Positions 11,814 through 23,222 of a stretch of DNA of 54,733 nucleotides are shown here, one piece after another (within the stretch, counting starts at the first letter, position 1; every line of letters begins with the position of its first letter). The notes below the pieces were generated by a model, which was given only the letters and a program-made list of their open reading frames with translations, did no database searches and had not been told where the DNA came from. Position numbers and translations under genes: made by a program. The DNA lies in the NCBI GenBank assembly GCA_012862495.1, contig BLSG01000249.1:53353-108085 (forward strand). Reading direction: 5' to 3'. This DNA is from Thraustochytrium aureum. Lineage: Eukaryota.

Positions 11814-12647
11814 ATGATGATCGTGGCGCGCGTGGCCTGCCTGGCGCCGCTCAGAGAGGCGAGGGACAATGTGCAGTGCGTCAACGCCGTACTCGACGAC
11901 GACGAGATGGACGCGCCGTGCCACATTGAGCCGGAGATGGCGGCCATCGGCGGCGGCAGGCCCGCGTCGAGGTGCCCGATGGCATTGGCGCGCTTTGCGC
12001 CTGAGTGGTTTGAGATGCTGCAGGAGCTCGCGGCGTGCGTCAGGGTGGGCCATGGCTTGCAGGACCTCTTGGAGCGCAGAGCTGAGGCCCGCGGCTGCGA
12101 CGCAGAGGCGCAGGAGAGTGGCAATCGAGTCGACGGTGCTCGGGCTGATCAGGAGGCCGGGGGCGGTGACTGTGTGAACAGCCGCGAGGACGGGGAGGAG
12201 CAGGAGACTTTTGTCGAGCAGGCGATGGACGCCGGCGTCGGCCTCGAGTCGCACCTGATTTGCCACGCAAGCGAAGGGTACTTTGTGCCAAGAAAGGGCG
12301 GATGCGAACTTGACGCTCCATTTTTTGACGACTCAGCCACGGTGCCAGGTGGATGGATCGGATCAACCGACGCTTTGCTTGAGGAGCTGGTCGAGCTGGC
12401 AGGGCCGCTGGGGTTGAGCTTTCGGCCGCTCTGTGGGGCTGTTCGACGGGGCGGGGGGATTGACCTGAGCGCAGACGCTGTTGAGCAGCTCGTTGCTTGT
12501 TCAGAGGCAGTCTCCAGTGGCTCGCTGGCGGCCAAGGGCAGCGAACAAGTCGTTGGAGTCATGCGGCACACCTGGTTTGTCCTGTACGAGGCAGCGCGCG
12601 TGAGCGCCAAAACGGATCGCTCATGTACCTTATTCCGGATCGTTTAG
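11814..12647 (+). CDS. Hypothetical protein resembling an uncharacterised bacterial family
   Basis: Clean 277-codon ORF from ATG 11814 with SHLICHASEGYFVP, GGWIGSTDALLEELVELAGPLGL and WFVLYEAARVS motifs. Confidence 0.7.
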   Translation: MMIVARVACLAPLREARDNVQCVNAVLDDDEMDAPCHIEPEMAAIGGGRPASRCPMALARFAPEWFEMLQELAACVRVGHGLQDLLERRAEARGCDAEAQESGNRVDGARADQEAGGGDCVNSREDGEEQETFVEQAMDAGVGLESHLICHASEGYFVPRKGGCELDAPFFDDSATVPGGWIGSTDALLEELVELAGPLGLSFRPLCGAVRRGGGIDLSADAVEQLVACSEAVSSGSLAAKGSEQVVGVMRHTWFVLYEAARVSAKTDRSCTLFRIV

Positions 12648-12963
12648 CTGCGCCGCTGCCGACACCTCGCGGAGCCGGCACTTGACCGGAGCGGCGCACG
12701 ACTTTGGACAGCGATCTCCCCCTCGCTGCTCGGCCATGCCCAAGAGCTTATTAACTCTCTCTCCAGGGAGAGCCGTGTAGAGACTAGAACTCAATTTCTC
12801 AGCTTGAGGAGCTCCGCTGCGCAGCTCCGGCACTCTGGAGATCGAATGCTGAGTCCTTCCGGGTCATGCCTCAACAACACCAACATAGCCCCCGCCATTG
12901 TCGACACTTGCGTTGTTGCGTTGGCACTGACACAAATGACGCTGCTCAAAAGCTTCCGCCACC

Positions 12964-12991
12964 GCAGCAGCAGCAGCAGCAGCAGCAGCAG
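12964..12991 (+). repeat. (CAG)n microsatellite
   Basis: About 9 consecutive CAG units. Confidence 0.9.
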
Positions 12992-13369
12992 CGCCGCGTG
13001 ATCGATCGCTTCGGCGCGAGGATGATGGCGCCTGCCGGGAAGGAAGGACTTGTCCCTCGGGTTGGAGTCGCCGTATTTCTCATCATGCAAGAATACATGA
13101 CAGTTGGGGCCGCCNNNNNNNNNNNNNNNNNNNNNNNNNNNNNNNNNNNNNNNNNNNNNNNNNNNNNNNNNNNNNNNNNNNNNNNNNNNNNNNNNNNNNN
13201 NNNNNNNNNNNNNNNNNNNNNNNNNNNNNNNNNNNNNNNNNNNNNNNNNNNNNNNNNNNNNNNNNNNNNNNNNNNNNNNNNNNNNNNNNNNNNNNNNNNN
13301 NNNNNNNNNNNNNNNNNNNNNNNNNNNNNNNNNNNNNNNNNNNNNNNNNNNNNNNNNNNNNNNNNNNNN

Positions 13370-16050
13370 GGGCGATCTCGCTTGCGTCTGGCGCAGATGA
13401 GCGGGCCCAAGCCGAGCGCGAGGCGCGTTGGGCCTTCACGACGGGCGGCCTCGAGGACGACGAGGACGACGAGGATGGAGAGGCCTCGGTGCAGCTTGGT
13501 GCTAAAGAGATTGAGGAGCTGCTCGCCGGCATTCCCGGACGCGCGGCGCGAGCTTCGCGGGGGCAACAGGAGACAGGTCTTGACGCAGACCTTCAAGCCG
13601 CACTCCGGCCCGACCCGCCGTTCGCACCGCACAGCCTGCCGTTTTATGAGGAAGAGCTCCAACGCCTCCGCGGAGAGAACGGGCACCTGCGTCAGGTCGC
13701 CGGCCGCATGCAGGAAGAACTGGCGCGGTGGTCCCAAAAGTTCCGCGAGCAGGGCCTGTTGGGCGCCGACAACGCGTTTGACCACGAAGACGAGGAAGAA
13801 GAACGCGACCGAGCCGAGGGGGGCGCTCTCTCGCCGTGGGTGACAACGCCACACATATTTTCGCCTTTGCTTTTGGCCTACGACGCCCGCATCAGCGAGC
13901 TGCGGTCTGCGGCCGCGGCCGCCGAGCGCCAGCTCGTGGAAACCGGGAGCACATCGCGCGGCTTTCGCGCGAGAACAACCAGCTAGAAGCCGACCTCGCC
14001 GCGGAGCTGCAAGCCCGCCGCGAGGACTTGGAAAGCGCGCCGGAGCAAGGCAACCTTCGAGACTTTGCAGGCGTCGGCGTCGGGGCGGCCTCGACGACCA
14101 CCGGCGTCGTGACTAGCGAAACGCTCGCGATGCTCAACAGCATGGTGGAAACCCTCCAAAGGAAAACAGCATCCTGCAAGAGCGCGACACGATCCTGAAC
14201 AAGGACCTCGAGCGGCTCGAGGAGCAAGGCAAGGAGCGCGACGCGCAGCTCGTGCGAATCACGCAAAACTTCCAGGCAGCAGCCTCGGGCCTGCGGTCCG
14301 CCAAGGAGCAGGTCGACAGCCTCCGACGGGAGCGAGACGCGGCAGTGAACCAGTTCAACTCGATCAACGCGCAAATGAGCGACCTAGGCATCGAGCTGGA
14401 CCGCACGCACGGCGCGCTGCAGGACCGCGAGCGCGAATGCTCAGCCCTCAACCAGCAATTGTCGCGAATGCGGAGCGAGATCGAGGACCTTGCATCGCGC
14501 GCCAACGCCGAGACGGAGCAGCAAGAGCACCGGGTCGCGCTCGCCAACAAGCGCACAAGGCAGCTTCAGCTGGAGCTGGACACGCTGGCCCACGAACTCG
14601 ACTCGCTCCGCGCGACCCACCAGGAGCTGAGCGTCAAGCACGAGTCCGCCAAGCACGACTCTGAAAACATCCTCGCCGCCATGCAAAGCATGAATCTCGA
14701 GATACACGAACTCAAAGCGCGAGAAGAGGCGGTCCGCGCTCTCGAGGCCCAAGTGACTGTGCAGGCTGAACGTGCCGCTTTGGAGCGGGACCAGGCTGCA
14801 GCAGTCGCAACGCAGCGCAAGCACGAGATCGCTCGGCTGCACGAGGCCAGAGCGACGGCCGCGCGGGAGGCTATCAAAGAACGCGAGGCCGCCATTCGGG
14901 CCGTGCAAGCAGAGGTCCGAGGCGACCTTGCCGCGCGTGCGGCGGAGGTGGAGGAGGCCGAGCGGCGCTCCGTGCGGCTTGCGCAGGAGGCAGAGCGCGC
15001 CAGGCGCGACCAAGCTGAATCTGCAAGCCGCCTCGAAGGCCTTCGCAAGAGCGCTGCCGAGGAAATCAAGCGCCTTGAAGCGAGCATGTCCAAGTTGGCC
15101 GAGCGGGTCGAAGAGGCGGAGAACAGCGCGATCGAGCGCGAGGCCGAGGCACAGCGATCGATCCAGGCAAGCGCGGCCCGCGTCGCCGAGACGGATCAAG
15201 AGCGCGCGGTGATGCACGAAACGTCGCAGGCGCTCCGCCAGCAGCTGCAGCAGGCCTTGCTGCAGGTGGATGCCGGAAAGGCAGAGGCAAGCGGCTCTCG
15301 GCGGAAGCTGATGGCGCCAACAAGGACGCGGTCCGCCTGCGACAGGAGCTGGCCAACTTGCGCCTCTCGAGCGATTCGCGCATGGAGGCGATCGACAGCG
15401 CACCAAGTTGTCCGAGGAAAAGATGGCGCAGCGTGTCGGCCAGGCCGAGGGCCGCGCCCGGGAGCTCGAGCAAGCGCTCGAGAACGTCACGTCGCTGCTC
15501 GAGCGGCAAAAGACGCACAGCGAGGAAGAGCTGTCGAGCACGGTGGCGCACTTTGAGCGGCTCGTCTCGGAGCAGAAGGAGGAGGGGGCGCGCTTGCGAG
15601 CGCGCAGCGAGGAGCTCGGCGCGCAGCTACTTGCGCTCCAGCACGAGCGCGCGGAGGCGGCCGCGCGGCTCAAGGAGCACGAGACGCGCGCGCGCAAGCT
15701 GGAGCGGGGCCCTCTACTCGAGCGACAAGCGGGCCGCCGAGGCCAAGGAGCAGCTCGCAGAGGTCCTCGCCGCCGAGGAGCGCCGCGTCCGCGAGACCAC
15801 CGAGCTGCGCCGCAAGGTCGACCAAGCCGAGATACTTGCCAACCGCGCCGTGCGCGAGCGAGACGCTGCGCTTGCCGCGCTGGAGGAGCGGAACAACCAG
15901 TCTCGCGTCTTTGCGGTAACGGACAGGCCTCGCGAGCCCTTCTCGCCGGTCCCGTCCTCCTCTGCGCATGGTGCTGCGGCTCGCACACCGGGCTCGCCCG
16001 TATCCAGGTCCGGGCGCCTGCGACTCGAGGCGCAGCGGGGCTTTGCGTAG
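13370..16050 (+). CDS. Long coiled-coil protein, SCLT1/CEP89-like centriolar distal-appendage candidate; 5' end in gap; several frameshifts
   Basis: PWVTTPHIFSPLLLAYDARISEL...RENNQLEADL...ETLAMLNSMVETLQ, then QAERAALERDQA...KHEIARL. These recall the SCLT1/CEP89 'PLL.AY/EYD' block and the following helices. Coding frames are spread over ORFs starting at 13489, 13836, 14252, 15408 and 15358. Confidence 0.6.
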
Positions 16051-16238
16051 TGCCACGCCGCGGAAGCGCGGCCAATACAGGGAGAGTAACGCTTCAATTG
16101 TTTTCAATGGTACGAGTAGAGTACACCGAGTACAACTGGACCACACTCGCGTAGGTAGAGTATACTTCGGAGGAATCCCGCAATCGCACGCGGAGCAGAC
16201 AGGGGCAGCTTGGCAACACCCAAACCGGGCGGGCGGCT

Positions 16239-17197
16239 TTACACGACCGTCACGGTGGGCCGATCCAGATCCCAGGCCGCATACGGCGGGTTTTCGGACC
16301 GCAAATTGACGCGCGAAGCCAAGGGCGTGCGTCGAGCGGTGCCGTGACCTACGGGAACCCCCGTCAGGGTGGTTTTAGGGCCGCTACTCTCATCATGCTC
16401 GAATGCGCTAGCCTCTGGCGTCTGAGATCGCTCACGGCGCTCGGCCGGAGTGCGGGCATGCTCTGCTACGGGGGCGCGGCGGCCCACCTTTTTCAGCGCT
16501 CCGATTGCCGCGTATGCAGAGACAAGGGTCAGGAGAACGGCCGACATGAAGCTTGGTCCAGTGATCAGCATGATCGTTGAGCTCCCTGGAGAAAACTCGT
16601 ACGAATGTGTCAGGTCGAGTTGGCACGTGATCAGCTCTTCGCACCTCGCTCGGAAAGCCGCGGCCTCGTCCGTGAAGAGGAATGCGCCCCAGGTCAGCGC
16701 GCTTGCAACGGCGATTGCCGCATACAAGGCCACGGTCAACTTGACCGCCAATTGGCTCGTGAACTCGCCAAGCAGCGTGCCCACCAACGACGCGACCAGC
16801 GAAAACCAGGCGGCATAGACAATCACCTGCGAAAGTGCCCCCTCGTTGACGTCGAAGCCTGCCTCGAACGAACCAACGATCAGCTCGGTGGTATCCTGCG
16901 CAAGCACTTGGCCGTTCTGCCTCGCGTGGAGCGCCTTCACGCCGAGCACCACGCTCTGCCCGAGCAAGGTCTCCGTAAACAAGTCCCTCGCCTCGTCCAC
17001 CCGCACCGCCGCCAGCAGCGTCCACGCAGGCGCCAGAAACGCGGCTGCCAGCGAGCGCGCCAGCGGTCGTCCGCGTGCAGAAGCTCATTCGCGACCAACA
17101 ACCAACCCGAGGCCACAGCCAACAACAACAACGATAAAAGCAGAGTACTTGTACCACCAACGCCTCGAGCTCGAGCCCAAGGCCTCGCTCGTCGCAA
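16239..17197 (-). CDS. Multi-pass (about 4 TM) membrane protein with claudin/amastin-like topology; frameshifted, 5' end uncertain
   Basis: Hydrophobic segments LLLSLLLLAVASGWLLVA, VIVYAAWFSLVASLVGTLLG, LTVALYAAIAVASALTWGAFLF and IMLITGPSFMSAVLLTLVSAYAAIG, with a Cys pair in the loop before the last one. Confidence 0.6.
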
Positions 17198-17531
17198 AAA
17201 TCGATCTCGCCGACCAGCGGCCTGGACCTTTCGAGACGGCTCCCGTTCGCGCTGTCCGATGCGAGTCTGCCGTCGCCGGCGCGCGTGGAGCGGCGCGTGG
17301 CAGGCCCCGTGCGGAGCGCGAGTTCAGTGCCACTGACCTCAAAATGTTCAGCATCCCTTGGCTTCCTGCGCCTGTGGGGCGAGCCGACGCGCTCGAGTGC
17401 GCTGAGCTCGCGCCCTCTGCCCCGGCACGAGAGAGAGCCAAGCGCGCTCGCGCCGCGCTGGTCCCTGCGTCGGCATGGGCCTGGAGGACGGGCTCCGATC
17501 CGGCCAAAATGCGGGCATCATCATGGCGTAG

Positions 17532-18647
17532 ATGGCGGCCATGACGATGGTGAATCAACCCCGAGTGTCCATCCTCTCCANNNNNNNNNNNNNNNNNNNN
17601 NNNNNNNNNNNNNNNNNNNNNNNNNNNNNNNNNNNNNNNNNNNNNNNNNNNNNNNNNNNNNNNNNNNNNNNNNNNNNNNNNNNNNNNNNNNNNNNNNNNN
17701 NNNNNNNNNNNNNNNNNNNNNNNNNNNNNNNNNNNNNNNNNNNNNNNNNNNNNNNNNNNNNNNNNNNNNNNNNNNNNNNNNNNNNNNNNNNNNNNNNNNN
17801 NNNNNNNNNNNNNNNNNNNNNNNNNNNNNNNNNCGCTGGCGGCACGCTTCAGGCGGCGATACAGATAGAGTCGCAGACCACCGGCAAGTGCTTCGAAGCG
17901 GTCGTCCCACTCACCGCTGGGGGGCTGGTGCAGTACGAGGGGGACGCAACGGTGGCTGGCATCCCCGGGAGCGGGGCTCCAGTCTGGGTGCGCAGCCTCG
18001 CGCCTTCGGGCGCTAGCACCGGCAAGCTATGGCCCACCGGCGCTGTGCGCGACTGCCTCTCGACGCAGCACGGCGAGTTCGTCGCAACTTGCGTCGACGC
18101 CGCACGCGCGCTCGTGATCGTTCGCGGCGCAGACGTGGGCCTTGCCTGCACGGAGACGAAGGCGCAACTCGACAATGAGACGGACCTGATGGACCGGCTC
18201 GAGTCCATCCGTTTGGCCGGCGCGCTCGCCATGGGGCTTGGCGACTGTGCCGGCAAGGCGTCCCCAAAGCTGTGCGCAGTGGCGCCCGGCCCTGGCCCTG
18301 GCAGCCTTCGGTGCTCGTACTTTGTGGCGCCATTTGCGCATGACGCCCACCCGACTGTGGCAATGACTGCCGCTCAGGCGCTTGCGGTGTCTGCCATGTT
18401 TCCTGGCTCACTTGCGCATGAAAGCCTCGGGGGCGCGGGGGGCTTGGCGAGGCTTGCCAGCAGTTCTGGAGCCGGCGTTGTTGTTCCGGTCCACCACGCG
18501 AAGGGTGTCGTGGACATCTCCGTCCAGCTGGCGGCCCCAGGAGCTTGTGCAGAGCGCGGCTTGGCCATGGACGGGTCGGGCGTTCGCTCAACTGGCTACA
18601 TGCGAACTGTGCGGCCCATACTTGACGGCGCAGCGCGGCTCCCGTAG
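17532..18647 (+). CDS. PrpF-family isomerase (4-oxalomesaconate tautomerase / aconitate isomerase-like); N-terminal part in gap
   Basis: YEGDATVAGIPGSGAPV, GASTGKLWPTG, ATCVDAA, ETKAQLD..LMDRLESIRLAGALAMGLGD...PKL and HPTVAMTAA are typical PrpF/GalD blocks. Confidence 0.85.
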   Translation: MAAMTMVNQPRVSILSXXXXXXXXXXXXXXXXXXXXXXXXXXXXXXXXXXXXXXXXXXXXXXXXXXXXXXXXXXXXXXXXXXXXXXXXXXXXXXXXXXXXXAGGTLQAAIQIESQTTGKCFEAVVPLTAGGLVQYEGDATVAGIPGSGAPVWVRSLAPSGASTGKLWPTGAVRDCLSTQHGEFVATCVDAARALVIVRGADVGLACTETKAQLDNETDLMDRLESIRLAGALAMGLGDCAGKASPKLCAVAPGPGPGSLRCSYFVAPFAHDAHPTVAMTAAQALAVSAMFPGSLAHESLGGAGGLARLASSSGAGVVVPVHHAKGVVDISVQLAAPGACAERGLAMDGSGVRSTGYMRTVRPILDGAARLP

Positions 18648-18843
18648 CGCAGCACGCGGGAAAGAGCTCTTCTCGAGCCGAGGAGCGCTCTTGAGGAGAA
18701 CTACTTCTAGCGACGGAATTCGGCAGCCGATGCCGGGGAGCAAGGGCGTTCGGTTCGGTTCATGCAAGTTCTATTTTGTTAGAGTATCTTCCGCAAAGTC
18801 TGCCGCGCGTGCGTCGTAGTCCCCGCATGCAAAAGCCCTGCCC

Positions 18844-21800
18844 CTACAGCTTCTTCTGGCGCAGGTACGGATCGAGGCAGATGGTCTTGACGTCCGGGCG
18901 CAGCTCCTGGTTGTACGTGAGGCACCGGCGGATAAAATTCTTGGCCTCGTTGGAGATCTGCGGCTTGGACGGGAACTCGACCTGCGTCGCCTTGAGCATG
19001 GTCTGGTTGGCGAGAACGTGGTCTTGCGTCATGCCCTCGCCAAACGGGCGGGACCCGAAAAGCATTTGGTAAAAAATGACACCGGTGGACCAGACGTCCA
19101 CCTTGGAGGAGATCTTCGGCGGCGCCCCGCCGAGGCGAAAGCACTCTGGCGGGAGGTACCAGTAGGTTCCTGCGCCTTGCGAGGTGAGCTCGATCCCGGT
19201 CGACTCGGTGTCGGCGGGCTCCATGATCTTGGACAGCCCAAAGTCTGTAATCTTCACGCCGCCGTCCCCGTCAAAGAGGATGTTGCCTGGCTTGAGGTCG
19301 TAGTGAATGATGCAAGGCCGCTGGTTCCTATCCGAGCCGTCCTGGCCGTGGCGGGCCAGCTGCGGCCCGCCCTCCTCCCTGGACCCGCCTGCGTCTGATG
19401 CAGGCCCGTTGTCCTGTTGGAGGAGCTCGCCCCCAGAGCTGAGGTAGCGGAGTCCGGAGAGGATTTGCAAGAGGATGGAACGGGCCTCGCGCTCGGGCAG
19501 CACCTTGCGCCACTTGAGGTGGAGGTTGAGGTCCGTTCCCTTGCAGTACTCGATGACAGTCGCGAACGAGTTGGCGTCGATCTCAAACACGTCAAAGAGT
19601 TGCACGATCCGCGGATGCACGAGGCTGAGGTGGATGTTGTATTCACGCGTGGCGTGCTTGAGGTAGCTGGCCTTTTTCTGCTCGCTCCAGGTCGAGTTGA
19701 GCTCGTGCACCTTGACCGCGACGTCGCGGAGCTCGAGCAAGTCGTAGCCCTTCCAGACTTCGCTGAAGCCCCCTTTGCCGAGGAGCTCGCGCAGCAGGTA
19801 GCGGTTGTTGAGCACCGGCTGCCGGTTGAAACGCGAGGCGTCCTCTTCGCGCAGCCGCTTCACATGCTTGAGGTGAAAGACCTTCTCGGCCTCGAGTCGC
19901 GCCCGCTCGTCGATGAGCTCTTGCTCGGTGCGCTTCAAGGCGTGCAGGTCGGCCTTGATGGCTTCCTCCGCCTCGTGCTCCTCGAGTTCGGCGAGCACGG
20001 TCGAGTTGGCGTTGCCGAGGACCGCCTTGCGCTGCCGCGCAACTTTGCTCGCCTGGCGCCTTCGCTTGTCCAGCTCCTCGCGTCGCTGCAAGAGCTCCAG
20101 CTGCTTGACCCGGATCGCCTGAAACGCCTCGCCGTCCTCCCACATCTCAGAGAGCTTTGCGCGCGGCCCAAACCCATGTCGCTGGACCACGATACGGCCA
20201 AGCCGAAAGCCCTCCTCTGCGAGCTGCTGGCGAAGGTGCTTGTGGAGTTGCACGTCCATCTTGCGCAGGAGCTCCTCGAGCACTTTGGCCACGCGGCTCC
20301 GGTGCACGTCGTGGACCTGCTGGAGGTTGCCCAGCGATTTTTTCAGCTCGCTGATTTCGCCCTGCATCACCTCGCGCGTGTGCTTCTCGCGAAGGCACTC
20401 CTCCTCGCGCTCGCGGATGGTGCGGTTTGCGCGATCGAGCTCGCGCTCGTGCTCGCGTAGCTTTTGCTGGAGCTCACGGCGCTCGGCCGCGGTGTCACGC
20501 TGCGCAGCAGGCGTTGCAGGCCCTGCCGCGGCGCTGTTCTTGCGCCGTAGCGCCAGCGGGGAGGCGAAGAGCCCGCTTGCCTCGGACGACGCAGAGTTGG
20601 CGCGAACCAGCGGCGCCAGCGACGCCGCCTCGCTGGACTCGCCCGGCGCGGTCTGGCTCGCATCGCTCTGCGGGCCAGGCTCAGCACCAGAAGATGCCCC
20701 CGCGTCCGGGGCCGCGGCTTGTGGACCGGGCGCGGGCGCGGGCGTGGCAGCTCCCGCTGTGGCCGGGTTGGACCCGCTGCTGCTGGCCCCCGCCGGCAGC
20801 CTCGAGCGCGAAGCGATCGGCGAGGCAAAGAGCAGCTGCTTTGGATTCGACTTGCGCCTCCGCGCGAAGGGGGTTTGGCGTCGTTCGCAGGGGTGCCCAG
20901 CTCGGGAGCGCCGGCGAGGCTGTCTCGCGAGTCGGCGCCGTCGCAGGTCTCGAGGCGCGAGCCCGATACAGCCTCGTCGCAACCTTGCTCGTGATCCAGA
21001 GCGCACGCGGGCTGCGTCTCCTCGGCACTCCGTCTTCGGCAACTTCTTCGCCGAGTTTCTTGCGTTTGTCCCCGGAGACAGGCACGAAGAATTGCTTGAT
21101 CTGCGGCTGGTTTTTGAGCGCGTTGCGGAGGCTCGCGGTCCCGCCGCCCACGGAGGGCGAGGCGGCCACTTTGGAAGACGACTTGGCGCGGCTCGGCGTG
21201 CTTGTCTCCCCGCGCGAGTCTTGGTCTTGGGCTTGGCTGGCGCCTGGGCGCGACATAGAGTTGTTTCGCGTGAACATGTCGACGGCAAAGTTTTGCCTGT
21301 CGAGCGAGTCCACTTTGGCTGCCTCCTCCATCAGCTCGCGATACCTCGCCTTGATGGCCCCTTCTGGCTTGCCGAGTTTGTTCGCGAGGTCTTGCCACGT
21401 GGAGCTCGTACGCGCGAAGAACATGGTGTGCATAATGATGCTGTCCTCGTCGTGCGAAAAGAGGAGCCCGTTGTCGTTCGCGCCGCCGCCCTCAGAAGAG
21501 GGGAGCGGGGTTTGCGCCGGCTCTGCCAGCGCGGAACGCTTGCGTTTCAGCGTGGTTGGCATGCTTGTCCGGTCAGACTCGCCCGGCGACTCGTACGCTG
21601 CCAGAGGCTGGCGAAGCGAGCTTGCGCCCGTACTGGTGCCCGGTCCAGAGGCCGAGTCCTGGGACGTCGACCGCTTGCGCCGGTGGGCCCGCTGAAGGCT
21701 TGAGTTGCTGCCGCGGCTCAGAGCGCCGACGCTCAGGTTGCTCGAGCTCCCGCTCACTGTTTGCAGCGGTTCGCGAGGCGGGTTGGGCGAGTCCGGCACG

Positions 21801-22066
21801 CGGCTCGCAGTGATCTTTTCGATCCCGGGCACGGAGCGGCACACGGACCCGACCGAGCTCAAATTGCTCTGCTTGCTCTGGTTCTCGGGGCTGTTTGCGT
21901 CGACGAGCTTCGCCTGCAGCGACCTGCTCGGCGAGTCGAACCCCACAGAGGTGATGGCATACTTGTTGGACCCGTTCGAGCTGATTCTCGCCTCGAGCCT
22001 CTCTAACCTCTCCTTGGTCGCTATCGCCATGATGCCCCCATCGTCCTGCATCCCTTCAGCGGCCAT
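18844..22066 (-). CDS. TLK: Tousled-like Ser/Thr kinase; frameshift at about 20.85-21.0 kb
   Basis: N-terminal ERLERLEARI, coiled coil with RLGRIV...EMWEDGEAF, EDASRFN..PVLNNRYLL..LLGKGGFSEVWK, KHATREYNIH, IIHYDLKPGNIL, ELTSQGAGTYWYLPPECF, ISSKVDVWS. Confidence 0.96.
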
Positions 22067-22310
22067 CCGCGCCGCGGCCGCGGCCAGCCGCGCTCGTCCG
22101 GTCGTCCAGCAATTTCAAACCCCAAAAAACCGCCCTGCGCCTTGCTGCGGGTCGATTTTGTCGAGCCCGCCGCCCGAAAAAAGCCCGGCCGCGTCCGCAG
22201 CAGCGCGCGCCTCAAGCAGAATGGCGCGGCCGGCAGCCTCCTCTGCGCACGCGCGCGCGCTCTGCGCTTGCGCCGTTCGCCGCTGCCTCGACGTTCGGGC
22301 TCTGCCCCAC

Positions 22311-22337
22311 TGCCTGCCTGCCTGCCTGCCTGCTTGC
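22311..22337 (+). repeat. (GCCT)n microsatellite at a gap edge
   Basis: tgcctgcctgcctgcctgcctgcttgc. Confidence 0.8.
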
Positions 22338-23222
22338 TTNNNNNNNNNNNNNNNNNNNNNNNNNNNNNNNNNNNNNNNNNNNNNNNNNNNNNNNNNNNNN
22401 NNNNNNNNNNNNNNNNNNNNNNNNNNNNNNNNNNNNNNNNNNNNNNNNNNNNNNNNNNNNNNNNNNNNNNNNNNNNNNNNNNNNNNNNNNNNNNNNNNNN
22501 NNNNNNNNNNNNNNNNNNNNNNNNNNNNNNNNNNNNNNNNNNNNNNNNNNNNNNNNNNNNNNNNNNNNNNNNNNNNNNNNNNNNNNNNNNNNNNNNNNNN
22601 NNNNNNNNNNNNNNNNNNNNNNNNNNNNNNNNNNNNNNNNNNNNNNNNNNNNNNNNNNNNNNNNNNNNNNNNNNNNNNNNNNNNNNNNNNNNNNNNNNNN
22701 NNNNNNNNNNNNNNNNNNNNNNNNNNNNNNNNNNNNNNNNNNNNNNNNNNNNNNNNNNNNNNNNNNNNNNNNNNNNNNNNNNNNNNNNNNNNNNNNNNNN
22801 NNNNNNNNNNNNNNNNNNNNNNNNNNNNNNNNNNNNNNNNNNNNNNNNNNNNNNNNNNNNNNNNNNNNNNNNNNNNNNNNNNNNNNNNNNNNNNNNNNNN
22901 NNNNNNNNNNNNNNNNNNNNNNNNNNNNNNNNNNNNNNNNNNNNNNNNNNNNNNNNNNNNNNNNNNNNNNNNNNNNNNNNNNNNNNNNNNNNNNNNNNNN
23001 NNNNNNNNNNNNNNNNNNNNNNNNNNNNNNNNNNNNNNNNNNNNNNNNNNNNNNNNNNNNNNNNNNNNNNNNNNNNNNNNNNNNNNNNNNNNNNNNNNNN
23101 NNNNNNNNNNNNNNNNNNNNNNNNNNNNNNNNNNNNNNNNNNNNNNNNNNNNNNNNNNNNNNNNNNNNNNNNNNNNNNNNNNNNNNNNNNNNNNNNNNNN
23201 NNNNNNNNNNNNNNNNNNNNNN

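Noticed and set aside
12791..13114. Poly-Gln, poly-Leu or poly-Cys proteins around the CAG repeat
   Set aside because: No frame gives a recognisable product. It may be the end of a gene hidden in the gap, but I cannot support a call.
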